Below are positions 1 through 9,439 of a DNA stretch of 26,481 nucleotides, piece after piece; positions within the stretch are counted from its first letter, which is position 1, and each line of letters opens with the position of its first letter. The notes beneath the pieces are model-generated. The model did no database searches. It was not told the origin of the DNA and was given only the letters and a program-made list of their open reading frames with translations. The stretch is from a virus (lineage: Duplodnaviria > Caudoviricetes), in the IMG/VR virus record IMGVR_UViG_3300010376_000117, positions 1 to 26,481 of that record, one strand, 5' to 3'. The translations under genes were made by a program, and so were the position numbers.

Positions 1-1
1 C

Positions 2-148
2 GGTGGCAGCTTCCGTTCCCGCAAGCACCTCCGGTGCGACGTCCGCGGCCGCTACAGCCCCGGCATCGGCCGCAGCACCAAGACCGAGATCGACCGCGCT
101 AAATCCGAAGAGGTCGGCAAGTCCAGCGGCGGCGAGATCAATACCCAC
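2..148 (-). CDS. Partial CDS (runs off window start), Ala/Gly-rich putative internal virion/ejection protein
   Basis: Not in the ORF track. Read manually: SD AGGAG overlaps the upstream gene's TAG, then GTG at 148 gives MGIDLAAAGLADLFGFSAVDLGLGAAADAGAVAAADVAPEVLAGTEAAT, open to the edge. Composition and position after the nozzle and GNAT genes fit podovirus ejection proteins (inference). Confidence 0.7.
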   Translation of the reverse strand, partial: MGIDLAAAGLADLFGFSAVDLGLGAAADAGAVAAADVAPEVLAGTEAAT

Positions 149-158
149 GAAAATGCTC

Positions 159-2261
159 CTAGGCGTTTGCCAGTGCGTCGGCTGCCGACAGCGGCTGGCT
201 CTGTTGGGAGAAGTAATAACTCAAGGGATCGCCCTCATAGCCATAGATGGGCTGCTGCAGCGTTTGCAAAACGGGAGTGGTCGGTAGTGGAGTTGCGCTG
301 GCCGTAACGCTCCCAGGAGGCGGGGCTGGAAGAGCATCGGAACCAAGGTTGCCTCCCCCTCCGTCCCCATGCGGTGCGCCGCCTTTATCTCCATCCAAGG
401 TACCGTCGAGCCCGGTGCTGTCCGGACTCACGTCTACGCCAGTCAGATTCGGGCTTAATCCGCCAAGGCCAATCTCTTCTGGCTTGGTGAGTGGCGACGG
501 TTCAGGAGATGGCCGGAATGGGTCCGGCTGCGGAGTTGGAGGTTCTGGCGCCGGCTGCGGCGGGGGCTGCTGTTGATCAAAGGTCTGGGAGGGAAAGAAA
601 TCAGGGTTAACCGTCATCCCGAACGGATAATCCATCACCCCCTGCATTCCGGTGTGGGTTTGATTCAGCACACTGGGATTTGCCAGAGGCTCGAAGCCCG
701 GCAGACCGGCCTGATTGATACCGGGAGGAAGGCCAGGAAAGTCGGCTTGCTGATCCAGTTGATTGTACTGAGACTGCCCGGTGCCAGAAACACCATAGGG
801 TAAGGCCACAGTTTGCCCGGTGTAGAACTGATCGGCCGGGACTTGCGTGCCTTCCGGCGCCAGGAGAGGGCCGCTGAACACCGAAGGATCATAGGGCTGA
901 TCGAAGCCCGGAAGTCCGGCCGTCGTGATGTTGCCGGGAGCGGCTTGCGGGCCTTGCGGTGCTGCAGCCTCGAAAAGACTTCCTGGAAGCGTCTCCGTCA
1001 GCTGCCCGAAAAGAGCGGCTTGCTGGTCAGTGCTTGGCGGCTGTCCCGAAATAGGTCCGGTCAAGGCGGTCGGGTCGATTGCCGTGTCAAAACCCGGCAT
1101 AGCCGAGGTATTGATGCCTCCTGGAACGCCAGTGGCGGGGGCTTGGCCTGGAGCTATTTCTCCAGCATTGGCCGGTCCCACGATGGCGTTGCCGATACCG
1201 CTGGCAATATTGCCCAGCGTGCCAAAGATGCTGTTTTGCTGATTGCTGCCCAGCTGGGTCGGGTCAGTGGAGGGAGGATGCCCTGGCATCGGCTCGCCGG
1301 GGACGGGAGACATGAACTCGTCGGGAGAGACGGGGCCACCGTAAGGCGCAAAGGTTGGATCGACGAAGTCGCCGTATCCCTCAAGCGGCGTTCCCTGCAT
1401 AGGTCCCTGATTTTCAGGGAGGCCGGTCATATTGTAGCCGCTGAAGGCAGCTGAGGGCACCGCCCCCGGCATCTGGCTCTGCGCTTGCGCCTGTTGCGCT
1501 TGTTGAAATGAGGGGTCAAAGGCGCTCTCAAGCGCTCCAGCGACCGGAGTGGAGCCAGAGAGTATTTCCTGGGCGGAAGTTACGCCACCAGGAAGCCCCG
1601 CCGCTGCAGCCGCGGCCGCCGGGGACGGAGAGGCAACCGCGTTTTCCAGCGCGGTCTGCGCATCAGAAGAGAGGGATGGCCCAGCTGGCGGTCCAGGAGT
1701 CTGGTCTCCAGCGGCAGGTCCAGGAGTCTGGTCTCCAGCGGCAGGCCCAGGAGTCTGGTCCCCGGCGGAAGGTCCAGGAGCCTGATCCCCGCCAGGGGCT
1801 TGGTCCCCGCCAGGGGCTTGGTCCCCGCCAGGGGCTTGGTCACCGCCAGGGGCTTGGTCCCCGCCAGGAGCCTGATCCCCGCCAGGGGCTTGGTCCCCGC
1901 CAGGGGCTTGGTCCCCGCCAGGAGCTTGGTCACCGGACCGGTCTCCGGTTTGATCCCCGCCCGGAGGTCCGCCATCGGTCGGCCCGCCGTCGAACGATCC
2001 GCCATCGGTCGGTCCGTCATCGGTTGCGCCGCCGCCCCCGCCGAAATTTTCATTTCCTCCGCCGCGGCCGTCCGTGCTGCCGTCAGTTGCTCCCCCGCCG
2101 TCTCGACTCTGGCTGCCGCCATCGTCATCGGTCGTCCCACCATCATCGTCCGCGGCGCGTCCACCGCCATCATCGTCGCCACCGCCTCCGCCGTCGTCAT
2201 CATCGCCCGAGCAGACGATAAAGCGGCCGTAATCCCACCACTCATCGTTAAGCCACTTCAT
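159..2261 (-). CDS. 700-aa acidic Gly/Pro/Asp/Gln-rich repetitive protein, probably disordered; putative internal virion protein
   Basis: Long ORF whose start overlaps the GNAT gene end. It contains GDQAPG tandem repeats and recurring LPGFD motifs. The function is inferred only from position. Confidence 0.7.
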   Translation of the reverse strand: MKWLNDEWWDYGRFIVCSGDDDDGGGGGDDDGGGRAADDDGGTTDDDGGSQSRDGGGATDGSTDGRGGGNENFGGGGGATDDGPTDGGSFDGGPTDGGPPGGDQTGDRSGDQAPGGDQAPGGDQAPGGDQAPGGDQAPGGDQAPGGDQAPGGDQAPGGDQAPGPSAGDQTPGPAAGDQTPGPAAGDQTPGPPAGPSLSSDAQTALENAVASPSPAAAAAAAGLPGGVTSAQEILSGSTPVAGALESAFDPSFQQAQQAQAQSQMPGAVPSAAFSGYNMTGLPENQGPMQGTPLEGYGDFVDPTFAPYGGPVSPDEFMSPVPGEPMPGHPPSTDPTQLGSNQQNSIFGTLGNIASGIGNAIVGPANAGEIAPGQAPATGVPGGINTSAMPGFDTAIDPTALTGPISGQPPSTDQQAALFGQLTETLPGSLFEAAAPQGPQAAPGNITTAGLPGFDQPYDPSVFSGPLLAPEGTQVPADQFYTGQTVALPYGVSGTGQSQYNQLDQQADFPGLPPGINQAGLPGFEPLANPSVLNQTHTGMQGVMDYPFGMTVNPDFFPSQTFDQQQPPPQPAPEPPTPQPDPFRPSPEPSPLTKPEEIGLGGLSPNLTGVDVSPDSTGLDGTLDGDKGGAPHGDGGGGNLGSDALPAPPPGSVTASATPLPTTPVLQTLQQPIYGYEGDPLSYYFSQQSQPLSAADALANA
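1690..1935. repeat. Coding tandem repeats: 3 x 27 nt (1690-1770) and 9 x 18 nt (1774-1935)
   Basis: The 18-nt unit ccaggRgcYtgRtcMccg encodes GDQAPG on the minus strand. The 27-nt unit ggtccaggagtctggtctccagcggca encodes AAGDQTPGP. Confidence 0.95.
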
Positions 2262-2733
2262 GGGTCAGGTCCTTGAGGTAGACGAGATCGCACAGGCTGT
2301 AGCCCATGCTCTCGAAAATGTGCCCGTGGTTGTGGCCCGCCTTACAGCGCATGGTCATCACGCGCGCGCCCATGTTGAAGGCTGCGGCTTCTGCAAACTT
2401 GATCATTTCCTTGCCTACACCCAGGCTTCGGTAGGCCGGCGCCAGATAATGAAGGTCGTCCACCGCAATCTTGACACCGCGGTAGTGCGGGTGCGGCCGA
2501 ATCACCATGGCAGCATAGCCGACAACTTCGTTGTCCTGATTGCGGGCGATCACCAGCACAAGCTCGCCGGCCGCCTGCCATTTGCGATACTGATCCCAGT
2601 CCGGGTCCAGCTTGAGAGCGGCCTTCAGCGGAGCCAGTTCTTCGTAGTGGGCGGTAAACATGGCTTTCGGAACGTTGCAGGAGGTAACCGATTCCAGCGA
2701 GAATCGGACGTGATGGTCGGACGCCTTTGTCAT
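2248..2733 (-). CDS. GNAT-family N-acetyltransferase (virion module)
   Basis: Acetyl-CoA motif A-like HYLAPAYRSLGVGKEMI, a VVGYA strand and C-terminal FESMGY. Start placed at ATG 2733, which gives an ATGA overlap with the upstream stop. Confidence 0.85.
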   Translation of the reverse strand: MTKASDHHVRFSLESVTSCNVPKAMFTAHYEELAPLKAALKLDPDWDQYRKWQAAGELVLVIARNQDNEVVGYAAMVIRPHPHYRGVKIAVDDLHYLAPAYRSLGVGKEMIKFAEAAAFNMGARVMTMRCKAGHNHGHIFESMGYSLCDLVYLKDLTHEVA

Positions 2734-3083
2734 GATGTGATCCCTAAAGCCGACCGGAGAAGCGAATGCTCGTCGGCGTGACTGTCCATCCAGGTGTACC
2801 ATTGGTCTTCCTGGGTCAAGTCAACATCCGCGAGATCGATCCCGCTGACGCCGGTTCGTAGCCGCAGCTGCTGGTGGGTCGCCTGATGCGACTCCAGCCA
2901 AGCGACCTGGATAGGTTTCTCGTCGCCCCAGAGCGCAAAGTTATAATCGGGAATGAAAACCGGCGGCGTGAAGGTCTGGAAGATACCGACGAATTGCTTG
3001 TGCTCAAGGAAGTGCTCCTGTAGCCAGATCGAGAAGCCGGCAGGGTCTTTCGGCATTACGATATCGTGGAAGAAGATCGGCAT
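2730..3083 (-). CDS. Hypothetical protein, 117 aa, His/Trp-rich
   Basis: Coupled to both neighbours. Repeated W-x3-H-x2/3-H motifs (WLQEHFLEH, WLESHQATH, WMDSHADEH). Confidence 0.8.
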   Translation of the reverse strand: MPIFFHDIVMPKDPAGFSIWLQEHFLEHKQFVGIFQTFTPPVFIPDYNFALWGDEKPIQVAWLESHQATHQQLRLRTGVSGIDLADVDLTQEDQWYTWMDSHADEHSLLRSALGITS

Positions 3084-4853
3084 TCATTGGCTCATCTTGG
3101 AGGCAAATACCTTGCTCTCCTGGTACTCGGCCGCCAGACCGTTGATTACCAGACCGACCGAGCCTGCGGCGGTCGAGCCGGAAAAAGCCCCGCTGAGAGT
3201 AATCCCCAGGTAGATGCCAGTCGCAGCTGCTTGGCTGCGCTGGTAGAGAAATCCGCTGGTCAGCCAGTTGAAGATGTTGCCGCTCTGGTCCAGCCACTGC
3301 ACGGTCTTGCCGGCATTGTTAATCCACTGGAAATTGATGCCGGTGGAAAACGGGAACAGAGTTCCGCCGTTCTCGCTCTCGGTCAGCAAATTCATGGTTC
3401 CGACGTTGCTGGAACCAAGTGACACCGAGCACTGTATCATGCGCTTGCCGATGTCAGTGCCGTTGTCGGCAAGCGCCGTCTGCAGCAGGATATTGACCGG
3501 CGTCGAACTTTGAAAAATCTGCGTGACGTCCGTCCCCGAACTGGCAAACGTCTCGGTCAGCCCGTTGATAGAGGCCGTGCAGATCGAGGTAAGGTTGTCG
3601 CCTTGGCTGGCGACGAACCAGCGGTTTTTGGTGAAGCAGAGAATAAGCGAGCGCTGCACGCCGCGCGCCGGGTCGTTGTAGCGGCACAGCAGCAGGAAGG
3701 TGTGCAGCGAACTGTGCAAATCCTGCACCGCCGCCTGCAGCGGCTGCGAGAAGTCCATCTTGGAGAAGATGCCGTCCATCTGATCGGACACCTTTTCCAC
3801 CGAGGCGCCGAGCACGGCATAGACGCCCACCTTGTTGCCGAACAGAATAAGGCGGTTGTAGGAGGCCACCGCGCGCGGGAATGGCATTCCCTGGTCGGAT
3901 GACAGCGTGACAATCGAAAAGTTGGTCGAGCTGCCCGACACCGTGATCGTACCGATCTGCTTGATCGATGCGTCTCCGCCAATATAGAGAAAGTTATTCA
4001 GCGCCCTGAGGACCGTGATCTGGTGGACCAAGTCGGCATCGTTGAGCGTTGTCGAACCCGCCGCATTTGCTGTGGCCGCATCGTCAAAGCCTTTCGTGCC
4101 CGTCCATTGGAGAAGTCTTCCGGCCGCAAGCCAGACCCGCCCGGAGTAAATGGCGAGAGTTGTGACCGCTCCGCCGACAAAAGGCCAAACATTAACCGTT
4201 GCAGTAGCTGACCCGCTGCCGAAGGTGACAGTGACGGTGTCGGAAGCGAGGTAGCCGAAGCCTGCTGTGTCGAGAACGACCGAAGTAACGACTCCTCCGG
4301 TGAGTACTGCGTGCGCTGTGGCGCCGGCACCAGAACCGCCGGAAAAGGATACGGTAGGAGCAGTGACATAGCCGGAACCTCCGTTGGTGACGACGATGTT
4401 GGGAGAAAGCCCACCCTGCTGAACGAACGCCACGCCGTCCCAGGTGCAATAGCCGGCAATCGGATCAGCAATGAGAATACGTTGCGAACTCCAGACCGTC
4501 ATGTCCGGCTGCGCCGAGAAGGTGCCCTTGGCAGCAAACTGAAAAACCGCCCCCGACGCTACGTCCACCTGATAGCCGGCCCCAGAGGCCGTAAAGTTGA
4601 TGATGAAGTCCTTGTTGGCATAGTTGGCGAAGAACTGCGCCGTGATATTGTCGCTGTTTATGGTTGCCAGCGTGGGGGCAGGACCCTCGCAGCACACCAG
4701 CTGGTTAGGGCCGACGATCTCCAGGTTTTCGCACCAAGCAAGCCGGGTAGGGTCTAGCGCCTCGCGCGCCGACTGGGTGTCCATGGTCTGAAAACCACGG
4801 AAGCGGATGTACTGCTTGGTAGATAGCTGGACCTGCGTTAGATTGCTGGGCAT
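3084..4853 (-). CDS. Putative tail nozzle / head-closure protein (P22 gp10/T7 gp12-like position) with inserted GSGY beta-module
   Basis: 589 aa and rich in beta-strand patterns (YSGRVWLA, LNNFLYIGG, YNRLILFG), as in propeller proteins. Lies directly after the adaptor-like gene. Insert TNGGSGYVTAPTVSFSGGSGAGATAHA. Confidence 0.65.
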   Translation of the reverse strand: MPSNLTQVQLSTKQYIRFRGFQTMDTQSAREALDPTRLAWCENLEIVGPNQLVCCEGPAPTLATINSDNITAQFFANYANKDFIINFTASGAGYQVDVASGAVFQFAAKGTFSAQPDMTVWSSQRILIADPIAGYCTWDGVAFVQQGGLSPNIVVTNGGSGYVTAPTVSFSGGSGAGATAHAVLTGGVVTSVVLDTAGFGYLASDTVTVTFGSGSATATVNVWPFVGGAVTTLAIYSGRVWLAAGRLLQWTGTKGFDDAATANAAGSTTLNDADLVHQITVLRALNNFLYIGGDASIKQIGTITVSGSSTNFSIVTLSSDQGMPFPRAVASYNRLILFGNKVGVYAVLGASVEKVSDQMDGIFSKMDFSQPLQAAVQDLHSSLHTFLLLCRYNDPARGVQRSLILCFTKNRWFVASQGDNLTSICTASINGLTETFASSGTDVTQIFQSSTPVNILLQTALADNGTDIGKRMIQCSVSLGSSNVGTMNLLTESENGGTLFPFSTGINFQWINNAGKTVQWLDQSGNIFNWLTSGFLYQRSQAAATGIYLGITLSGAFSGSTAAGSVGLVINGLAAEYQESKVFASKMSQ

Positions 4854-5740
4854 CAGAAGCCTCTTTGCAATCTACGCCATACGTTCTGATAGATGTTTGG
4901 AATTCTGGTGGTCTGTCGCGTCAGTTGGATTTCCTGCTGACGGGCCTTGTATTTTTTGTGCATGTACTCGGCTTGATCGAAGTTCTGCAGCTTGAGCAGG
5001 GCAAGATGGGCGGCGTAAAACTGTACACAATCCGCCATCGGATCAAGAATCTGCGTGTCCACATCTGCAACATGCACCAGGGGGCTGGGCGTGATCACGC
5101 CGTCGATCTCGATCGGATAGTTCTGATCAGGCTCCGGAGGGTAAAGGTAGAACAGGTTCTGTTCGGTGTAGTTTGACCAGCTGGCAGGCTGCCCAGCGCT
5201 CAAGCTCACATTGTTGCGCCAGATGGCCTGATGATAGGTGAACGGGTGCCAGAGCAGCATGGCGCGCTGAATGCCGTTGATCACCGAGATCGACTGAAAG
5301 TCCATCACATTGAGCATGGCAACGGCGGTCGCGGTCGCCGTGGAGACGCCGGCCGAGAAGGTCACGTTGGGCACCGAGCTGTAGCCGGCGCCCCATCTGG
5401 TCATGGCGATGCCGGTGACGGCGGTTCCGGTCATGACGGCCGTGGCCGTGGCCGTGATGCCGCCGGCAGGAGCCGCATCGAAGGTCACGGTCGGGGGCGC
5501 TGACGGGTAATTCCCGCCGCTCGTGATGATGGCGCCACCTACCCCGTTGGACATCGGGTAGGTTTCCTGACCCTGCACGACCTGCAATCCGACGAAGAGT
5601 TGACGCACGCAATGAAAGTCAATCCCAACACGCTTGCGCGCGTTGTTGACGTAGTTCGTCATCTCATTGGTGGTGTAGTCAATCGCCGAGACGTCGTGGA
5701 CCAGTTCTTGGACCTGGGTAATGTAATCGGAGAGTTGCAT
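4853..5740 (-). CDS. Putative head-tail adaptor protein with inserted GSGY beta-module
   Basis: N-terminal helix pair MQLSDYITQVQELVHD..EMTNYVNNA, central GQP...LYPPEPDQNY motif, and C-terminal helices CVQFYAAHLALLKLQNFDQAE. This pattern is typical of podovirus adaptors. Confidence 0.7.
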   Translation of the reverse strand: MQLSDYITQVQELVHDVSAIDYTTNEMTNYVNNARKRVGIDFHCVRQLFVGLQVVQGQETYPMSNGVGGAIITSGGNYPSAPPTVTFDAAPAGGITATATAVMTGTAVTGIAMTRWGAGYSSVPNVTFSAGVSTATATAVAMLNVMDFQSISVINGIQRAMLLWHPFTYHQAIWRNNVSLSAGQPASWSNYTEQNLFYLYPPEPDQNYPIEIDGVITPSPLVHVADVDTQILDPMADCVQFYAAHLALLKLQNFDQAEYMHKKYKARQQEIQLTRQTTRIPNIYQNVWRRLQRGF

Positions 5741-5753
5741 TCATGCTCCTCTC

Positions 5754-6182
5754 CTACGCCGCTCCGCCGCCTTCGAACCGCTCCAGCTTCTTGGGGCCCT
5801 CGAGTTCGGGCTTGGCCGTCATGCGGGCAGCAGTCTTGACCGGCTTCACTTCGTCGCCGTTCTCGTCCACTTCGATCGGAATCATGCGATAGGTGATCGG
5901 GGCGATGTCGATCGCATCAAAGAACTTGTCGTGCTGGTTGGACTTGACCATCTCAGGCGTGTTCCAGCCCATGCGCCGCTGGACATGCCTGCGCATTTCC
6001 TCGCGGTTCACTCCTGGATACCAGCCGAAGATGTGATTTGCGGCCTCGATCGGGACGGAAACCGCCTTGTTCTCCGGGAAAACGTAGGGAACGCCGTCGA
6101 AGCGGTCCATCACGGTAAACGTATTGCGGTTCACCACCTTGACGTTGATAACCTGCGGAGTGTCCATCGGTTCTTCGGCCAT
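5754..6182 (-). CDS. Hypothetical protein, 142 aa
   Basis: Fills the gap between structural genes. AAGGTGAG lies upstream of the ATG. Confidence 0.8.
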   Translation of the reverse strand: MAEEPMDTPQVINVKVVNRNTFTVMDRFDGVPYVFPENKAVSVPIEAANHIFGWYPGVNREEMRRHVQRRMGWNTPEMVKSNQHDKFFDAIDIAPITYRMIPIEVDENGDEVKPVKTAARMTAKPELEGPKKLERFEGGGAA

Positions 6183-6192
6183 TGTCTCACCT

Positions 6193-7443
6193 TTAGTCGT
6201 TGATGAAGGTCTGGATCAAGGAGGTGTCGTTCACGCCTCCCATGGAGATGGCCGAGAACACGATGGAGCCCGAGGCAATGGTCGTGCCCTGGCCGACACC
6301 GAAGTTGCCGGCGATCAATGCCTGCTCGAACCCGAAGCCGTTGTCCTCGATATTGAGGGCGCCGGCCGTCGAGGTCAGAACACCGCGGAACGAGCGCGGC
6401 GAGACGTGGTCGTTGTTGATGTAAGTCTGCGCCGTCGTTGACACAAACAGCTTACCGAGCGTGCTCTCGACCAAGTTGCCGACCGTATAACCGGTGCCAG
6501 ATCCGCCGGTGACCGCAGTAACGCCCCACGACATGACGGCCGTGGCCGCCGCAGACGTCGGGGCGTTCGTGAACGTGATCGTCGGCACCGAGGTGTAGCC
6601 AGAGCCGTAGTCGGTGACTACGATGCCGGTGGTGGTCCCGGAGCCGGCCAGCGCCGGACCGGTGATGAGGGCACCCGAGGTGATCGGCGCCGCGATCTGG
6701 AGGCCGCGCATGAAGTTCTGCGGCGGCATGATCCCGCCGGTCCCGCCGGTTCCCGCGCCGCCGGCAATGAGGCCGGGAGCAAAGTAAGGCGCTGGAAGAC
6801 CGGTCGCCGGAACCGTGTACGGGAGCGCGAGTTGTCCCGGATAGTCCAGAAATTGCGGGACGAGATAGAAATTAGGCACCGACGTGTAGCCAGCGCCGGG
6901 GTTCACCATGGTGACGGAATTAATCGCGCCGCCCGCGGTGATTGTCGATACCGCGGTCGCCTGGATACCGCCGATCGGAGGCGGGTCAATGAGCACCAGC
7001 GGCGGCACCACAAAGCCAGAACCCGCCTGGGTGACCGTGGCAGAGCCACCGGCAGACCCCACCGCGCCCCCGACGATAATATAGCCTTTGGCCGCCTGAC
7101 CGCCAGATGGCGCTGCGCCGAAGGAAATCGAGGCGCCGGTCTGGGTCGGGCCGATGCCGTTCGTGCCCGCGGTGCCGGCCGTGGTGATCAGCCCGCCGAC
7201 GACAACGCCGGACAGGTTGATGATCCGGTAGTTGTAGGCGTCGGCCCCCAACGCGAAGGTTGCGCACGGCGCCGGACCCAGGTTCCGCCAAAGCGAGTTG
7301 ACTGGGTCCCACCACTGGCAAATCGATTGCGGACCGAGCGTGATCAAGTGCTCGCCGGAAGGAATGTAGAAGTACTGACCGGGACCGAGAGCGACCGGGA
7401 ACGAGCCCGACTGATTGAAGGGAAACGAACCGCCGATTCTCAT
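6193..7443 (-). CDS. Gly/Thr/Ala-rich virion structural protein (putative capsid decoration/fibre) with GSGY modules
   Basis: Immediately downstream of the major capsid gene. Repeats TQAGSGF, NPGAGYTSVP, DYGSGYTSVPTITF and GSGTGY. Confidence 0.7.
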   Translation of the reverse strand: MRIGGSFPFNQSGSFPVALGPGQYFYIPSGEHLITLGPQSICQWWDPVNSLWRNLGPAPCATFALGADAYNYRIINLSGVVVGGLITTAGTAGTNGIGPTQTGASISFGAAPSGGQAAKGYIIVGGAVGSAGGSATVTQAGSGFVVPPLVLIDPPPIGGIQATAVSTITAGGAINSVTMVNPGAGYTSVPNFYLVPQFLDYPGQLALPYTVPATGLPAPYFAPGLIAGGAGTGGTGGIMPPQNFMRGLQIAAPITSGALITGPALAGSGTTTGIVVTDYGSGYTSVPTITFTNAPTSAAATAVMSWGVTAVTGGSGTGYTVGNLVESTLGKLFVSTTAQTYINNDHVSPRSFRGVLTSTAGALNIEDNGFGFEQALIAGNFGVGQGTTIASGSIVFSAISMGGVNDTSLIQTFIND

Positions 7444-7453
7444 GTTGCTGCTC

Positions 7454-8461
7454 TCAAATGTTCAGGAAGCTCAAGTTGTCGAACTTCCCATGTGCCTTGC
7501 ACTTGACGTCCACCATTTCGAGAAGCGTCAGCAGTGCGCCGATATAGCCAAACTGGCCGTTGGCCAGCGTGCTCTCGAACCCGGTGAAATAGAAGCTGGC
7601 GCGCTCGTGGACGTAAAGCGACAGATAGTCGGTATTGAGAAGATAGAGCGTTCCCTCCGGGCAGTAGGTGTCCGGGTAGAATGGCACGCCCGCGATATCT
7701 AGCGCCGAGAACAGCGCCTCGACCTTGCCGTCGGAGAAGCTGGACGATGGAGTTACGTTGTAGCGCTCGTTCGACGTGAAATCCTGCGCCAACTGGGTCC
7801 AGGTGCCGAAGCCCATCAGACCCATCTTTGGCTTCTCGCCGGTCACCTTGGTAACCTGCGAGATGTACTGCAGCATCAGGTTCCGGGTCGGGGTGGTGGC
7901 GCCGCCGTTATGAACGTAGGTGGACTTCCAGAACGTGTTGCTGGAGCGGTTGATGCCGCCGTAGGTCGCCGCAAACGTGCCGTCATCGACCGCCGCCGGC
8001 AGCCCGATCATCGACTGGGTGTTGGCAACGTTGTTGTAGAGATCGGTGGAGAAGCGATCGAGCGTAACGTTGGTCGCGTCGTTCATGCGCGCTTCGATCA
8101 GAGGAACTATCGAGTAGTCGAGTTGGACAAGGCCCTCCATTCCCAGGAAGGGAATGGCGGTAAGATAGCCCTTGAGGTTGAACTCGGCGTTCTGCAGCCC
8201 CGGAGTGACGCCAGGCTGATCAAACGAGCCGTCGTAGCCGACGTTCTCGATCGTCACCATGGGGTTGCCCTGCAATGGCACCGTGATCGGGGACAAGCCG
8301 CCAGAGGCCACCTGCGCATGGGACAGCAGCGCCGCCATCATCGGCGTTGACTTCCACAGCTGGATGAACACCTTCGGCAGGAAGGCGCGGCGGGTGACGG
8401 CGGCTAGCTCGGCGGCGATCGCACCTTGAGCCGGGATAATACCTTGTCCAAATTGAGGCAC
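7454..8461 (-). CDS. Major capsid protein (HK97 fold, inferred)
   Basis: 335 aa, downstream of a scaffold-like gene. Capsid-like motifs include QLWKSTPMMAALL, IGLPAAVDDG..TYGGINRS, IAGVPFYPDTYCPEGTLYLLNT and a terminal HGKFDNL. Confidence 0.85.
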   Translation of the reverse strand: MPQFGQGIIPAQGAIAAELAAVTRRAFLPKVFIQLWKSTPMMAALLSHAQVASGGLSPITVPLQGNPMVTIENVGYDGSFDQPGVTPGLQNAEFNLKGYLTAIPFLGMEGLVQLDYSIVPLIEARMNDATNVTLDRFSTDLYNNVANTQSMIGLPAAVDDGTFAATYGGINRSSNTFWKSTYVHNGGATTPTRNLMLQYISQVTKVTGEKPKMGLMGFGTWTQLAQDFTSNERYNVTPSSSFSDGKVEALFSALDIAGVPFYPDTYCPEGTLYLLNTDYLSLYVHERASFYFTGFESTLANGQFGYIGALLTLLEMVDVKCKAHGKFDNLSFLNI

Positions 8462-8471
8462 TTACGTTCTC

Positions 8472-8990
8472 CTAGCGCTTACCCGCGCGCAACTCGTCGA
8501 TGACGCTGTATGCGGCATCAAGTGCGGCCTTCTCGGGGTTTTGCATGAGCCCCGGAAGATCGGGAAACTCCCAGATTTTGCCGTGGCGATACTTCAGATC
8601 GCCCTCGCGAGGCTTCGCCGGGGCAGTGTCGGAGGCGTAGATTTTCGCAGCAGCCTCGTAATCGCCCAGGCCGTAGTGCTTCATCACCTTTTCCTCGATT
8701 TCCTTGACCTGCTGCTCGTCGTAGCGGCCGGACTCGATCAGGTGATTGCGCTGCTTGGCGCGGGCGTTGGCAAGTTGCTGCTTCTGCCAGTCGGCGCGTT
8801 CCTTCTCGCGCTCGATCCTGGTCTGCTCCTTGAACTCGGCCAGCTGCACGTCGGCCGGGGCTCGATAGTTCGGCTGCACCTCCTTGACCATCGAGAGAAG
8901 CCGCTGGCGGGTTTTCGGGTTGCCCGACAGCTTCATCATCAGGTCGGCGAGCTCGCCGGCAGTCTGCGGGTGGAGAGGCTGGTTGCTCAT
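8472..8990 (-). CDS. Putative capsid scaffolding protein
   Basis: Charged, coiled-coil-like 172-aa protein directly upstream of the capsid gene. No maturation protease is visible in the window. Confidence 0.6.
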   Translation of the reverse strand: MSNQPLHPQTAGELADLMMKLSGNPKTRQRLLSMVKEVQPNYRAPADVQLAEFKEQTRIEREKERADWQKQQLANARAKQRNHLIESGRYDEQQVKEIEEKVMKHYGLGDYEAAAKIYASDTAPAKPREGDLKYRHGKIWEFPDLPGLMQNPEKAALDAAYSVIDELRAGKR

Positions 8991-9229
8991 TTGAAGCCAG
9001 TGCCTTTCATCTGGCCTTCAAGCTCCATCTTGTGCTGGGTCTCGTGCGTGATGATGCGCTTTTCGGCCGGTCGGTTGAGTTGCAGTCCCGCGAGGCCAGG
9101 ATAGCCGCGCGGGTTGTCGTATTGCTCGGCGTTGATCATGTTCTTGAGGTTGCCAGGGGTCAGGCAGTCGCGGAAATTGCGCGGCTGCTCAACCGATTTG
9201 TCGGTCAGCCCAGGCCGGCGCTTTGCCAT
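8987..9229 (-). CDS. Hypothetical small basic protein, 80 aa
   Basis: Overlapping stop/start coupling with both neighbours. Confidence 0.7.
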   Translation of the reverse strand: MAKRRPGLTDKSVEQPRNFRDCLTPGNLKNMINAEQYDNPRGYPGLAGLQLNRPAEKRIITHETQHKMELEGQMKGTGFK

Positions 9230-9429
9230 CAGACCGGCTTTCCTTTGCGGGTCATGTCGGAACTTCTCTCAAGCGCCAGCGGACGGTCTGGTTTTCCGAG
9301 CTTCGAAGCGTCGGAGAAGCCCCCGAACTGCGGGTAGCTCGATACGTTCTGAAACATGCCGTTGATCTTCTTGCGGGTCCCCATGTCTCCGCTGGATACC
9401 TTCGGTCGAAGATAGTTGTACTCTGCCAT
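9229..9429 (-). CDS. Hypothetical small basic protein, 66 aa
   Basis: SD AGGAG upstream and a TGATG overlap with the next gene. Confidence 0.75.
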   Translation of the reverse strand: MAEYNYLRPKVSSGDMGTRKKINGMFQNVSSYPQFGGFSDASKLGKPDRPLALERSSDMTRKGKPV

Positions 9430-9439
9430 GGCGGTTCTC

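Noticed and set aside
1690-1935. Tandem repeats as a CRISPR array
   Set aside because: Units are contiguous with no unique spacers, are multiples of 3 and vary mainly at synonymous positions, so they are protein-coding repeats.
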